From contig CAVVEU010000014.1 in the NCBI GenBank assembly GCA_963747235.1, forward strand, positions 160,001-224,000: a stretch of 64,000 nucleotides of DNA, given 5' to 3'. The notes below the pieces were generated by a model that did not search any database, was not told where the DNA came from, and saw only the letters and a list, made by a program, of their open reading frames with translations. Positions 24,015 through 37,422 of this stretch are shown here, piece by piece (the stretch's first letter is position 1; every line of letters starts with the position of its first letter). Made by a program: the position numbers and the translations under genes. Source of the DNA: an uncultured Candidatus Rokubacteria bacterium. Lineage in GTDB: Bacteria; Methylomirabilota; Methylomirabilia; Rokubacteriales; CSP1-6.

Positions 24015-26431
24015 ATGAGCCCCGCGTTCCGGCTCTCCGCGGGCAGCGGCGGCCTCGAGTGGCCGCAGGTGCTGGCGCTCCTCGCCCGCGAGGCGCGCAC
24101 GCCGATGGGCCGCGAGCTGGCGACCGCCACGCTCCCGTTCACGGATCCCGGCGCGATCCGGCGCGCGCTCGGCGAGACCCGCCAGGCCCGGGCCGCGATG
24201 GGCCAGACCGGCGTGCCGCCCTGGGAGGGCATCCCCGACGTGCGGCCCACGCTCGAGACCGCGCGCGTGGTGGGCTCGGTGGCCGAGGCCGCGGACCTGG
24301 CCGCGCTGATCCCGCTGCTGGAGGCGGCGGGGCGCCTGCTCGCCTACGGCCGCGCCATCCAGCCGGTGGCGCCCGATCTCGCGGCGGCGCTCGCGGGCTT
24401 CCCGCGTCAGACCGAGCTGGCCGACCTGCTCCGGCGCTCGCTCGACGCCGACGGCCAGGTGCGCGACGAGGCGTCGCCCGCGCTGCGCCGCGTCCGCCAG
24501 AGCATCCGCGACCTGCGGCGCGATCTCGTGAAGCGGCTCGAGGCCTACTTCGGGGCGCCCAACGCCGACACCACGTTCCAGGAGCGCTACGTCACGGTCC
24601 GGCACGGCCGCTACGTCCTGCCGATCCGCGCGGAGGCCAAGAGCCGCCTGCGCGGCATCGTCCACGACCGCTCGCAGAGCGGGGCCACGCTCTTCGTGGA
24701 GCCGGAGGCGGTGGTCGAGGCCAACAACGACCTCGTCCAGGCCGCGCGCGAGGAGGAGACCGAGATCCTCCGCGTCCTGGCCGCGCTGACCGACGCGGTG
24801 CGGGCGGCGCTGCCCGAGCTCGACGACCTGGTGGCGGGCATCGGCGGCCTCGACCTGATCTTCGCCCGCGGCGCCCTCGCCGAGCGCATGGACGCGGTCG
24901 AGCCCGCGATCGCCGACGAGCGCGACGTGGTCCTGCCCGGCGCGCTGCAATCCGCTGCTCCTCGCCCAGAGCTGGGCAGCCGACGGCGGCCGCCCCGTCA
25001 TCCCCATGGACATCGAGATCGACGGCCGAGCGCCCGCTGCTCGTGATCACCGGCCCCAACGCGGGCGGCAAGACGGTGGCGCTCAAGACCCTGGGCCTGC
25101 TCGTGCTCATGGCGCAGTCGGGCTGCCACGTGCCCGCGCGCGACGGGGCGCGCCTGCCCGTCTTCTCGCAGTGCTTCGCCATCGTCGGCGACGAGCAGAG
25201 CGTGGCGGAGAACCTCTCGACGTTCTCCGCCTTCGTCAAGCAGCTCCGCGAGGTCCTCGAGCGCGTGGACGCCCGCTCGCTCGTCCTGCTCGACGAGCTG
25301 GGCGCGGGCACCGACCCCGACGACGGCGCCGCGCTGGCCCAGGCGGTGCTCGAGGACCTGGCCGAGCGCGGCGCGGTGGTGCGTGGCCTCCACCCACCTC
25401 GAGCCGCTCAAGGGCTTCGCCTCCACGCATCCGAAGGCCCGCAACGCCTCGGTGGAGTTCGATCGCCGAGCGGCTCGCGCCCACCTTCCGGCTCATCTAC
25501 GATCGCCCGGGGCAGAGCTACGCGCTCTCCATCGGCGCCCGCCTCGGCCTGCCCGCCGCGCTGATCGAGCGGGCGCACGCGCATCGCTCCACCCAGCAGC
25601 GGCAGCTCCAGGAGCTGCTGGCCCGCCTCGACGACCGCGATCGCAAGGACGCCGAGCGCGGCGCGCTGCTCGAGCGGCGCGAGGCGGAGAGCGCGGGGCT
25701 GCTCGCGCGGGCCCAGGCCGAGCTCGAGGCGGCGCGGACGAGCGCGCGCGAGACCATCGCCCGCGCCAAGGCGGAGGCGCAGCGCCTGGTCACCGAGGTG
25801 CGACGGCACGTGAACGAGGAGTGGGACCGGCTCAAGCGCGCCGAGAAGAGCCGGCCGGAGCTGGAGCGCGCGCGCAAGCGACTGGTGGAAACCGCGCAGA
25901 AGGTGGAGCACACTGCGGGGGCCACCGGGCCCGAGCCGGACGGGGCGGGCCCGGTCACCGTGGGCGATCGCGTCGAGATCACGCACCTCGGGCTCAAGGG
26001 GGACGCGCTGGGCGTGGACGGCGAGACGGTGACGGTGCAGGCGGGCGCGGTGACGGTGAAGGTGCCGATGCAGGCCGTCGCGGGTGATCCAGCGTCAGCC
26101 CGCTCGCCCCCGGGCGGAGCCTCGCGCCCGCGGGGGAGGGGCGGTCGCGCAGGCTCGGATCACCACCCCCTACAAGAGCACGGTGGGCGGGGAGCTGCAC
26201 ATCATAGGACGGACTACCGATGAGGCCCGCGATCTGCTAGAAAAGTACCTCGACGATGCATTCCTGGCCGGGCTCCCGTCGGTTCGTATCATCCACGGCA
26301 AGGGCACGGGTGCCCTCCGCCGGGCGGTCGAGGAATTGCTGAGCGCCCACCCCCTCGTGGCCGAGCATCGCCCGGGGGCGTCCTCCGAGGGCGGCGCCGG
26401 CGCCACCGTCGCGACGCTCACCCAGGGCTGA
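24015..26431 (+). CDS. mutS2: MutS2 (ATPase, coiled coil, KOW and Smr domains); several frameshifts
   Basis: GIVHDRSQSGATLFVEP, ITGPNAGGKT, LSTFS, LDELGAGTDP, IIHGKGTGALR. Confidence 0.93.
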
Positions 26432-26441
26432 GGCGAACCCG

Positions 26442-28372
26442 ATGCCGGGCGGATACTCCCAGCAGCTCCTCGACGAGATCCGCTCCCGCGCCGACATCCT
26501 CGAGATCGTCGGCCAGGTCGTGAAGCTCAAGCGGACCGGGGAGAACTGGAAGGGCCTCTGCCCCTTCCACACCGAGAAGACGCCCTCCTTCACCGTGAAC
26601 CCGAAGCGGAACATCTATCCACTGCTTCGGCTGCGGCGCGGGCGGCGACGCCTTCAGCTTCCTCATGCGCCAGGAGCGCGTGGCGCTTCCCGGAGGCGGT
26701 GCGCGCCCTGGCCGACCGCGCCGGCGTCGCCCTGCCCGACGCGGGCCAGCGGGCGCCCGAGGTGGACGGCAAGCTCGAGGCGCTGCGGCGCGCGATGGCG
26801 CTGGCCGCCGAGTTCTACACCCGCTCGCTCTGGGAGCCCGGCGGCGAGAAGCCCCGCGCCTATCTCGAGCAGCGCGGCGTGGACCCGGAGGTGGCGAAGC
26901 GCTTCGGGCTCGGCTACGCGCCCGAGAGCTGGAACGCGCTGCTGGGCGTCATGGCCCGGCAGGGCATCGGCGAAGACGTCCTGGTGCAGGCCGGGCTGAT
27001 CCTCGCGCGCCAGAACGCGCCCGGCTTCTACGACCGCTTCCGCGGCCGGCTGCTCTTCCCCATCCGCGACGTGCAGGGTCGCGTGGTGGCCTTCGGCGGC
27101 CGCGCGCTGTCGGGCGAGGAGCCCAAGTACCTCAACTCGCCGGAGACCCCGCTCTACGTGAAGGGCCAGATGCTCTACGCCCTCGACGTGGCCCGCGATC
27201 GCGATGCGGGAGCGGAGCCGCGCCATCATCGTCGAGGGCTACCTCGACTGCCTCATGGCGCATCAGCACGGCTTCGGCGAGACGGTGGCCGCGCTCGGCA
27301 CCGCGTTCACGCCGGCCCAGCTCGGCCTGCTGCGCCGCTACGCCGACGAGGTGGTGGCGCTCTTCGACGCCGACGCGGCCGGGCAGAAGGCCTCGCTCGC
27401 GCCTCGAGGAGATGATGAACGACGTGATGGACCTGCAGAACCTCGGCTGGTCCGTCTCGCGCACCGGCGGCTTCGAGAAGGCGGGCCACCTGCCGATCCG
27501 GGTCGCGCTCCTGCCCCCCGGCCACGACCCCGACAGCCTGCTGCGCGCCGAGGGCGCCGCCGCGCTCACCGCGCGGCTCGACGCGGCGCGTCCCCTGCTC
27601 TCCTTCGTGCTCGAGAAGGCATTCGCCGACGAGGACCTGACCACGGCGCGGGGCCGGGCCAATGCCCATGCCCGCGTGGCCCTGATCCTCTCCAAGGTCG
27701 CCAATGCCGAGGAGGCCACCGTGCTGGCGCGGGAGGCCGCCCGGCAGCTCGGCGTGGACTCCACCCAGCTCTGGATCGAGGCCCAGCAGCTGCAGGGCGC
27801 CCGCGCGCGGGGTCGGCGGCCCGAACCGCCTTCCCAATCCGGGCGCGGAGCCGGGGAATCGGATTCCTGGCCGCCTCCGGTCCCCTTCGAGCGGGATCTC
27901 GTGGCCCTCCTCTTGCAAGTCGATGAGGCCCGGGCCGAGCTCCTCCCCGTGCTCGCGGATGAGGACGTGGTGCACCCAGGGCTGCGCCTCGTGCTGACCG
28001 CCCTGCGGCGGACGCCCGGCGCGCTGCCCGAGGCACTGATGGCCGAGCTGCCCGGGGGATCGCGAGCGGGGGCTGCTGGCCGCCCTCCTGGTCGAGGAGC
28101 GCAAGTGGGGCGATACACATAGTCACGTCGCGGAGCTAAAGAGGCGGTACCATATCCGGCATCGCAAACACCGGGTCCATCAGGTGACGCGGGCGATCAT
28201 CGACGCCCAGGCCACCGGGGATCCGGCGCTGCCCGCGCTCGAGGACGAGCTTCGAGGCCTGCAGCGTGACCTGCAACGGGAGGCGGAGGCGGTCAGGGAG
28301 CTGGCCCTGGCGCGCCCGGCGCTGCCGGACGAGTGGCCGATGAGCCATCAGCGTCAAGCGGACACACCCTAA
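26442..28372 (+). CDS. dnaG: DNA primase; several frameshifts
   Basis: GLCPFHTEKTPSF, YDRFRGRLLFPI, PKYLNSPET, VEGYLD, FDADAAG, DPDS. Confidence 0.95.
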
Positions 28373-28395
28373 CCCCACCAGGAGAACGGCGAGGC

Positions 28396-30214
<1,819 letters not shown>

Positions 30215-30243
30215 GCCCCGGCCGCGGTGGTATGATGGCCGCC

Positions 30244-30319
30244 GGGCCCATAGCTCAATTGGCAGAGCCCCCGGCTCATAACCGGTCCGGTCTTGGTTCG
30301 AGTCCAAGTGGGCCCACCA
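30244..30319 (+). tRNA. tRNA with CAU anticodon, probably tRNA-Ile2 (lysidine)
   Basis: GGGCCCA/TGGGCCC acceptor, CTCATAA loop, GGTTCGAGTCC, CCA; paired first position and post-rpoD location favour Ile2; TATGAT just upstream. Confidence 0.9.
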
Positions 30320-30335
30320 TCACGGTCAGGTAGGG

Positions 30336-30386
30336 GCAGTGGCAGGGCGAGGCGCAGCCGAAGGCGAGCCGAGCGAATACAAGAAG
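30336..30386 (+). repeat. Post-tRNA repeat, copy 2
   Basis: GCAGTGGCAGGGCGAGGCGCAGCCGAAGGCGAGCCGAGCGAATACAAGAAG. Confidence 0.85.
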
Positions 30387-30414
30387 CGATGGCTTCCGAG
30401 GCGAGTGCGAGATA

Positions 30415-31122
30415 GTGGACCAGAAGCTCCAGACACTGATCAGTCTGCAGGCGATCGACTCGCGCATCGCCGCCCTCGAGGCGGACGCCGCGCGGCTCCC
30501 TCGGGAGATCGCCGCCATTCACGCCGGGGTCGAGGACGCCAAGAAGCAGGTCGAGCAGGCCAAGGCCCGGATCGACGCCGCCCGCAAGGACCAGCGCGCG
30601 AAGGAAAAGGACCTGGAGGTCGTCCAGGCCAAGCGCAGCAAGAACGAAGCCCGCCTCTACGAAGTCAAGACCAACAAGGAATACTCCGCCGTCCTGATCG
30701 AGATCGAGGACATCAAGCAGGAAAAGGCCAAGATGGAGGAAGAGGTCCTGGTCCTCATGGAGGCCCAGGAGCGGCTCGCCGGCGACATCCGCGAGGCGGA
30801 GGCGCTCTTCAAGCAGCGCGAGGCCGAGGGCCGCAGCCAGGAGGCCACCGCCAAGGAGCAGCTCCGCGCCGTCGAGACCGAGCTGGCCGGGGTGCGCACC
30901 GAGCGCAAGGAGCTGGCCGGCCAGCTCCCCGGCCCCATCCTGGCCGACTACGACCGGATCCTGCGCGCCCGCGGCGGGCTGGCGCTCGTGCCGGTGACCC
31001 GGCCGAACTTCTGCGGGGCCTGCCGCATGACGATCACGCCCCAGCGCCTGCAGGAGCTCCGCGCGCAGGCGTCGCTGATCCCCTGCGAGTCCTGCGGCCG
31101 CTACCTCTACTGGCCGTCTTAG
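30415..31122 (+). CDS. Coiled-coil protein with C4 zinc ribbon (DUF164-like)
   Basis: [20 protein letters not shown]...CESCGRYLY. Confidence 0.92.
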   Translation: MDQKLQTLISLQAIDSRIAALEADAARLPREIAAIHAGVEDAKKQVEQAKARIDAARKDQRAKEKDLEVVQAKRSKNEARLYEVKTNKEYSAVLIEIEDIKQEKAKMEEEVLVLMEAQERLAGDIREAEALFKQREAEGRSQEATAKEQLRAVETELAGVRTERKELAGQLPGPILADYDRILRARGGLALVPVTRPNFCGACRMTITPQRLQELRAQASLIPCESCGRYLYWPS

Positions 31123-31125
31123 AGA

Positions 31126-31210
31126 CCCCCCTCACCCTGCCCTCTCCCCCTCCGGGGGCGAGGGTTTTCACGATCCCCTCTCCCCTCAGGGGAGAGGGCA
31201 GGGTGAGGGG
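31126..31210. repeat. Two inverted copies of the CCCTCTCCCC hairpin repeat
   Basis: cccctcaccctgccctctccccc-tcc-gggggcgaggg and cccctctcccc-tca-ggggagagggcagggtgagggg. Confidence 0.9.
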
Positions 31211-31220
31211 CGAAGGTCCG

Positions 31221-31674
31221 ATGCCGCCAACCTCCCGCCATCGTCATGTACACGGACGGCGCCTGCTCGGGCAATCCCGGGCCCGGCGGCTGGGGCGCCA
31301 TTCTCTTCGAGGACGGCCGGGAGCTCGAGCTCTCGGGCGGCGAGAACCCCACCACCAACCAGCGCATGGAGCTGACCGCCCCGCTCGAAGGCCTCCGCTC
31401 GCTCGCGGGTCGCCGGCGCGTCGCCATCTACAGCGACAGCGCGTACGTCATCAACTGCTTCCGCGACCGGTGGTACGAGCGCTGGCGGAAGAACGGCTGG
31501 ATCAACAGTCAGAAGAAGCCGGTGGACAATCGCGATCTCTGGGAGCCCCTGATCGCGCTGGCCCTCGAGCAGCACGACGTCACCTGGCACAAGGTCGCCG
31601 GCCACAGCGGCGACCCGCTGAACGAGCGCGCCGACGCCCTCGCGCGCTCCGCGATCGTCCGCGTCGCGCGCTGA
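31221..31674 (+). CDS. rnhA: Ribonuclease HI; probable indel near the start
   Basis: YTDGACSGNPGPGGWG, TTNQRMEL, SDSAYV, NRDLW, GHSG, NERADALA. Confidence 0.95.
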
Positions 31675-31688
31675 CCGGCGGTTACCCC

Positions 31689-32525
31689 CTACCCGATGAA
31701 GAGGCCGCCGTTGGGCGAGAGCCACTGCCCCGTGAAGAAGGACGCGTCGTCGGAGGCCAGGAAGGCGGCGGTGGCCGCGATCTCCTCCGGCTCGCCCCAG
31801 CGCCCGAGCGGGGTGCGGGCGATGATCAGCCGCTGCGCGAGCGGCGACATGGGCTTGGTCATCGGCGTGTCGATGTAGCCCGGGCAGATCGCGTTCACCC
31901 GGATCCCGCGGGAGGCCACCTCGCGCGCGACCGCGCGGGTGAAGGCCAGGATGCCGCCCTTGGCCGCGCTGTAGTGCACGGCCGCCTCGAGGCCCATGAG
32001 CGCGGCCACGCTCGACATGTTGATGATCGCGCCGCGATTCTTGCGGGCCATCAGGCGCAGGGCCTCGCGCGTGCAGAAGAAGGTGCCGTTGAGGTGCACG
32101 CCGATCATCCGGTGCCAGGCCTCGTCGGACATGTCCTGGGTGAGGTCCCAGTGGGTGGTCACCGGCCCGCCCCCCATGAGCTCGCCATGCGCGCCTCCGA
32201 CCGCGCGCGGATCTTCTCCCGATCGCCCGGCGCCCCTTCCGCGATCCCCGCGTTGTTGACCAGGATGTCGAGCGCGCCGAACTCGCGGTCCACCTCCGCG
32301 AACATCCGCTTCACCTGCCCCGAGTCGGCCACGTCGGCGGCGAGCGCGCGCCCCCGCGCCGCCTCGCTCCCCGACGCGATCGCGTCCACCGTCTGCCTGC
32401 GCCGTCTCCTGCTTGACGTCGTTGACGATCACCCGCGCCCCTTCCTGGGCGAAGCGCAGCGCGATGGCCCGGCCGATGCCGGAGCCGGCGCCTGTCACCA
32501 GGGCCACTCGATCCTTGAGGCGCAT
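31689..32525 (-). CDS. SDR oxidoreductase (FabG-like); frameshifts
   Basis: VTGAGSGIG, NNAG, YSAAK, NAICPG. Confidence 0.9.
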   Translation of the reverse strand: MRLKDRVALVTGAGSGIGRAIALRFAQEGARVIVNDVKQETAQADGGRDRVGERGGAGARARRRRGRLGAGEADVRGGGPRVRRARHPGQQRGDRGRGAGRSGEDPRAVGGAHGELMGGGPVTTHWDLTQDMSDEAWHRMIGVHLNGTFFCTREALRLMARKNRGAIINMSSVAALMGLEAAVHYSAAKGGILAFTRAVAREVASRGIRVNAICPGYIDTPMTKPMSPLAQRLIIARTPLGRWGEPEEIAATAAFLASDDASFFTGQWLSPNGGLFIG

Positions 32526-32613
32526 GCGCTGTCTCCTCCTTCGTGGGTTTCGCGTCGTCGGGAACGGCTGAACGCTACGTCGCCCGATGCACCGAGTCAA
32601 GGCGCGTCTCGGG

Positions 32614-32646
32614 CCCCTCACCCTGCCCTCTCCCCAGGGGACAGGG
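32614..32646. repeat. CCCTCTCCCC hairpin repeat copy
   Basis: cccctcaccctgccctctccccaggggacaggg. Confidence 0.8.
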
Positions 32647-32730
32647 AGTAATTTTCACTGCCGCGCAGCGTCACCCGGGACGGCTCTTATTCTTGCCGGA
32701 GGGCGGCGGGGGCCATGCTAAACCGAGACT

Positions 32731-33504
32731 ATGCTGACCGATCACGAGACGCGACGGGAACACGACGAGCACGATGAGCGCGAGCTGCCGCTCGAGGGCC
32801 TGAGCCCTCGCGAGCGCGACGCGCAGATGAAATTCCCCGTCCTCGAGGAGCCCGCGTGGCTCGACGACGAAGTCGACGACGAGATGGAAGAGCCGTCGGA
32901 CTCGCCGTTCCGGGGCATGTGGATCGGGATCGCGGCCGCCGCGGTCACCTTCGTGCTGGTCTTCGCGATCCCGCAATGGCTCGGCTGGTACGACATCGGC
33001 CCGCCGCCTCAGGCCAAGCGCGAGGCGAGCCCGGAAGCGATCATCTCCACCGTGACCGCGAAGCCCTCGGGCGCCGCCGTCGTCGAGACGGGGCCGCCGG
33101 CGGTCGCGGCGGTCGCGACGCCGCCCGCCACGGCGCCGCCGGTCAGCCTCCCGAAGGCCCCGGTCACGAGAGAGCCGATCACGAAGGAGACGAAGCCCAC
33201 ACCGCCCCCCGTTACACCCGCGGTGGTGAAGGAGACCAGGCCCGCGCCGCCCGTCCGTGCCAGCCCGCCTCGCGAGGAAACCAGGCGGACGTTCACGGTC
33301 CAGATCGCGGCCTTCAAGAACGCCAAGCAGGCCGGTCAGCTCGCCGACCGCGTGAAGAAGGACGGCTATCCCGCCGACGTGCGGCGCATCGAGGCGTCCG
33401 CGGTGCCCTACGTGGTGCGGATCGGCGGCTACGCCTCGCGCGAGCAGGCCGAGTCGGCCCGCGAGGCCCTGGCCCGCAAGGGGTTCAAGGGCTTCATCCT
33501 GTAG
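32731..33504 (+). CDS. SPOR-domain membrane protein
   Basis: Acidic N-terminus, one TM helix, Pro/Thr linker, FTVQIAAF...YVVRIGGY. Confidence 0.85.
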   Translation: MLTDHETRREHDEHDERELPLEGLSPRERDAQMKFPVLEEPAWLDDEVDDEMEEPSDSPFRGMWIGIAAAAVTFVLVFAIPQWLGWYDIGPPPQAKREASPEAIISTVTAKPSGAAVVETGPPAVAAVATPPATAPPVSLPKAPVTREPITKETKPTPPPVTPAVVKETRPAPPVRASPPREETRRTFTVQIAAFKNAKQAGQLADRVKKDGYPADVRRIEASAVPYVVRIGGYASREQAESAREALARKGFKGFIL

Positions 33505-34853
33505 TCGGCCACCGGCTCTCGATGGTGAGCCCGGCGCGCCGCACCTGCTCGCGCGCCAGCACCTCCACCCGCTCGTAGATCGCGCGCTCGTCCACCGTGG
33601 TGATGCGGCCCTCGTCGAGCACGAGGCGGCCGTCGATCATCACGCTCCGCACGCTCGATCCGGTCGCCGCGTAGACCAGGTTGTTCAGCGGGTTCAAGAG
33701 CGGCCGCCACTCCGGCTGATCGCGGTCGTAGAGGACCAGGTCGGCGCGCTTGCCGACCTCGATCGAGCCGATGCGGCGCTCCATCAGGAGCGACGCGGCC
33801 CCGTGGATCGTCGCCATCTCCAGCACCGTCTCGGGCGGCATCACGGTCACGTCGAGACGCGCGTCCTTGTAGATGTTGGCCACGAGGTACATCATCCGCA
33901 GCATGTCGAAGTGATTCGACCCGTTGCCGCTGTCGCCGCCGAGCGAGACGCACACGCCCCCCGCCAGCATCTCGGGCACGCGCGCGTGCGCGGCCAGCCC
34001 CTTGGTGTGCTTGAGCCCGGCGGTGGGGCAGTGGCTGATCTTCACCCCGCGCCGCGCGAGCAACTCGATGTCGGCCTCGTCGAGGTACACCATGTGCGAG
34101 AGCTTCGCGTTCGGCGCGAGCACGCCCCAGTCGTCCAGGGTGGCCAGCGGCAGGCGGTCCCGCGTCTTCCGCGAGGGATGCGAGGCCAGGTGCATCATCC
34201 CCCACCCGACCCCGTGGCGATCGGCCAGGGCCTTGGCCCCGCGGATCAATTCCTCCGAGCAGGTGCCGAAGCCCAGCAGCAGCGGCCACGCGGACACGAG
34301 CCCGGCCGCGGCCATTCACCTCTCGAGCATCGCCTCGTTCGCGCGCAGGGCCTCCCGCGGTGGTCTGGCGCATCCGCGAAGGCCCCGACTCGAGATCCCA
34401 GGTCCAGCGCCCGAGGATCGCCCGCATGCCGAGACGCTCCATCGCCCCCGCCACCGCGACCGGCTCGAAGAGCGTGCCCGCCTCGCAGAAGGTGGTCGTG
34501 CCGGTGCGGATCATCTCGATGCCGGCCAGGAGCGCGGCGTGCTCCTCGTCCTCCGCGGTCATGACCGAGTAGAGCGGGATCAGCCAGTCGGGCAGGTAGC
34601 GGTCCACCGGGATGTCGTCGAGGAGCAGGCCGCGGTTGAGATGCTCGGAGAGGTGCACGTGGGTGTCCACGAAGCCGGGCGTCACCACCATCCGGCGCGC
34701 GTCGATCACCCGGTCCGGCAGCCGCGGCGGGCGCACGTCTCGCGCGGGCCCGACCTGGACGATCTCGGCCCCGTCGATCAGCACGGAGCCGTCGGTGAGG
34801 ATCCGCCGCCCGGCATCCACCGTGATGATGGTGCCGTGCTCGACCAGGATCAC
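33494..34853 (-). CDS. Amidohydrolase (TRZ/ATZ, MTA/SAH deaminase-like); frameshifts
   Basis: PGFVDTHVH, GTTTFCE, SHCP, LGGDS, GSIEVGKRADL. Confidence 0.85.
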
Positions 34854-35701
34854 GAGCGGCGGGCGATCACCCGGTGCTGCTGGGTCCCGAGGCCGTCGAT
34901 CCCCATCGCCACCACGTCGCCGTCGTCGAGGTAGCGCGGCGGCCGGGCCCCGTGGCCCACCCCGGCGGGCGTGCCGGTGGAGAGCAGATCGCCCGGCTGG
35001 AGCGACATGAAGCGGCTCACGTAGGACACGAGCTGGCGCACCGGGAAGACCATGTCCCGGGTGCTGCCCTGCTGGCGCCGCTCGCCGTTGACGGTGGTCC
35101 ACAGCCCGAGCGCCTGCGGATCGGCGATCTCGTCCGCGGTGACCAGCCAGGGCCCGATCGGCGCGAAGGTGTCGCAGCTCTTGCCCTTGGTGGTCCCGCC
35201 CCCGTGCTCCATCTGGAACTCGCGCTCGGAGACGTCGTTCATCAGGCAGTAGGCGGCCACGTAGCGCAGCGCGCTGCCTTCCTCGACGTGGAGCGCGGCG
35301 CGGCCGATCACCGCCACCAGCTCGACCTCGTAGTCGAGCTTCACCGCGCCGCGGGGCCGCGTGATCGGACGTCAGCCCGGCCCGCTGATCGCGCTGTTGG
35401 CCTTGATGAAGATCGTGGGCTCCTTCGGGAGCGCCATCTTCACCTCTTCCGCGTGATCGGTGTAGTTGAGGCCGATGCAGACGATCTTGCCGATGCCGGC
35501 CAGCGGGCAGCCGAGCCGGGGCTTCCCCTTGACCGCGGGCATGAGCGACGGCTTCGCGGTACGCAGGCGCTTGAGCCCGGCGGGCGTGAGCGTCTCGGGC
35601 GTGATGTCCCGGATGATCCGAGAGAGATCTCGCAGTCTCCCCTCCGCGTCGATCAACCCCGGCTTCTCGGCGCCGGCCCGGCCGTACCGTACGAGCTTCA
35701 T
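34850..35701 (-). CDS. Fumarylacetoacetate hydrolase family protein; frameshift near 35370
   Basis: KIVCIGLNY, LDYEVEL, NDVSER, KSCDTF, TGTPAGVG. Confidence 0.92.
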
Positions 35702-35709
35702 GGCGCGCC

Positions 35710-35925
35710 TCAGTGGGCCGCCAGGCCGGGGACCGACATCACCAGGTGCAGGTAGCCGCCGAGCTCGTTGATCTTCCGCATGTCCCGGGCCACGAAGGCG
35801 GCGCGCTCGGCGTCGGTGAGGTCGAGCCCGACCAGGGCCGCGCGCGCGTCGGCCTCGAAGCGCGCCCGGAACTCCTGGTCCTTCTTGAGCCGGTAGAGCA
35901 GGCTGTTGACCGCGTAGCGGCTCAC
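35710..35925 (-). CDS. Small LigA-like subunit of an extradiol dioxygenase
   Basis: 71 aa: VSRYAVNSLLYRL...FRARFEAD...LTDAERAAF..RD; overlaps the stop of the LigB-like gene. Confidence 0.65.
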   Translation of the reverse strand: MSRYAVNSLLYRLKKDQEFRARFEADARAALVGLDLTDAERAAFVARDMRKINELGGYLHLVMSVPGLAAH

Positions 35926-36770
35926 GAGAGGCTCCACTCGACGGCGGCCAGGTTGATCCGCGGCAGCTCGCCGAAGTAGCGCACCTGGGCGCGCGCCGGC
36001 GTCACCGCGCCCAGCAGCACCATCCAGTTCAGGAACTCGTGCTCGCCCGTCTTGTGCAGCTCGTCGACCCCGAGATTGCGCAGCGGCTCGTGCTCGCCGG
36101 CCTCCATCCAGTGGATCAGCTTGCGGTCGAAGACGGTGTCGGTCTCGCCGACCCGCGGCAGCGACAGCTCCGGGAAGTGGGAGAGCCCGCCGGTGGCGAT
36201 GATGCCCACCTTCCACGGCCCCTCCGCCACCACGCGCGCGATGTGCCGGCCGAAGTCGAAGCAGCGCTTCGGGCGTGGGCTGCGGCGCCACGAAGCGAGT
36301 TCACCCAGATCGGCACCAGCGGCGGGATCGGCCGCGTGCCGTGCATGGTGTTCACCGGGCTCAGGAAGGCGTGGTCCACCGGCGCCTCCCAGGACATGGC
36401 CAGGTCGAAGCCCGCGTCGATGCCCCTTCGCGAGAATCTGGTTGGCCAGGTCCTCGTGCAGCGGGTACTCCTCCGGCATGTGGTCGAGCACCGCGTCGAA
36501 GGCCTCGGCGTGGTCCTGCTTCATCCGCTGCACGGTGCGGCCGATGCGCACGCAGAGCGCGGGCACCGCGTTGAACGAGAAGGCGTTCAGGTGGTCGTCG
36601 GCCACCACGATGAGCGCGTCGGGCCGGGTCGCGGTGAACCGCTCGCCCATGCGGGCGATCTCGGTCATGCACTCGACGGTCTTCCGTCGCCCCTCGTCGC
36701 CGCAGGCGCGCTGGTAGTAGTCGGGATCGAGCACGTGCGACATGGCGCCGGCGAAGACGATCTTGCCCAT
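35922..36770 (-). CDS. LigB-like class III extradiol dioxygenase; frameshifts
   Basis: AMSH, ADDH, VDHA, ATGGLSH, GEHE-x-LNW match the LigB catalytic pattern. Confidence 0.8.
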   Translation of the reverse strand: MGKIVFAGAMSHVLDPDYYQRACGDEGRRKTVECMTEIARMGERFTATRPDALIVVADDHLNAFSFNAVPALCVRIGRTVQRMKQDHAEAFDAVLDHMPEEYPLHEDLANQILAKGHRRGLRPGHVLGGAGGPRLPEPGEHHARHAADPAAGADLGELASWRRSPRPKRCFDFGRHIARVVAEGPWKVGIIATGGLSHFPELSLPRVGETDTVFDRKLIHWMEAGEHEPLRNLGVDELHKTGEHEFLNWMVLLGAVTPARAQVRYFGELPRINLAAVEWSLS

Positions 36771-36801
36771 GAGGGCCTCCTTGGAGAGCGGTCCGTCGCG
36801 G

Positions 36802-36871
36802 ATCGTAGCGGAAGGGCCGATCGGACGCAAGGCGCGCGCGTCTTGCGGCCCCGATGCGGTGCGACTAGACT
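36802..36871. promoter_or_regulatory. Back-to-back sigma70-type promoters
   Basis: Minus: TTGCGT (36830-36825), 17 nt, TACGAT; plus: TTGCGG (36843-36848), 17 nt, TAGACT. Confidence 0.55.
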
Positions 36872-36895
36872 GAAGCCCCCGGGAGGGACATCGAC

Positions 36896-37400
36896 ATGGC
36901 CCAGGCACTCGACGAGCTGCTCCTCTACCCACGTGGCCCGCTTCACCGACCGCCGCGCCGACTGGGACGCCTTCGCCGACGCGCGCGTGGAGGGCTTCAA
37001 GCGCGCGCAGCATCGCTTCATCGGCTCCGGCGCCTCCGGCAAGGCCGACGCCGCGGTCATCCCGGCCCAGCACTTCACGCTCTCCGTGATGTTCATCCCG
37101 CCCGGCCAGGGCAATGCCCCGCACACCCACGAGGTCGAGGAGGTCTTCTTCATCCTCGAGGGCAAGATGCTGGTCTTCATCGAGGACGGCGCCGGCAACC
37201 GCGCCGAGACGGTCCTGGGCCCGTGGGACTGCGTCTCCTGCCCGGCCAATGTCATCCACGGCTTCACCAACGTGGGGCTCGAGCCCGCGTACCTCCAGGT
37301 GATGCTCGGCAAGGCCAAGCCCGAGCTGATGACCTATACCGACGGCGATCTGCAGTCCCGCCGCGACGAGCACCTCCGCGCCGCGGGCTCCCGCGGCTAG
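36896..37400 (+). CDS. Cupin domain protein; indel near 36925
   Basis: PPGQGNAPHTHEVEEVFFILEG, PANVIHGF. Confidence 0.88.
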
Positions 37401-37422
37401 CGCTCCCGGTCCCCGCTCCCAC

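Noticed and set aside
23457-25046. Apparent Pth-MutS2 fusion
   Set aside because: The Pth C-terminus (DHVLSPF...) lies in another frame ending at TGA 24000; indel near 23875.
31126-31210. Repeat pairs as a CRISPR mini-array
   Set aside because: Units are inverted and dispersed, with no regular spacers and no cas genes in the window.
30244-31700. tRNA-anchored prophage or integrative element
   Set aside because: No integrase, no duplicated tRNA 3' end seen, and housekeeping genes continue on both sides.
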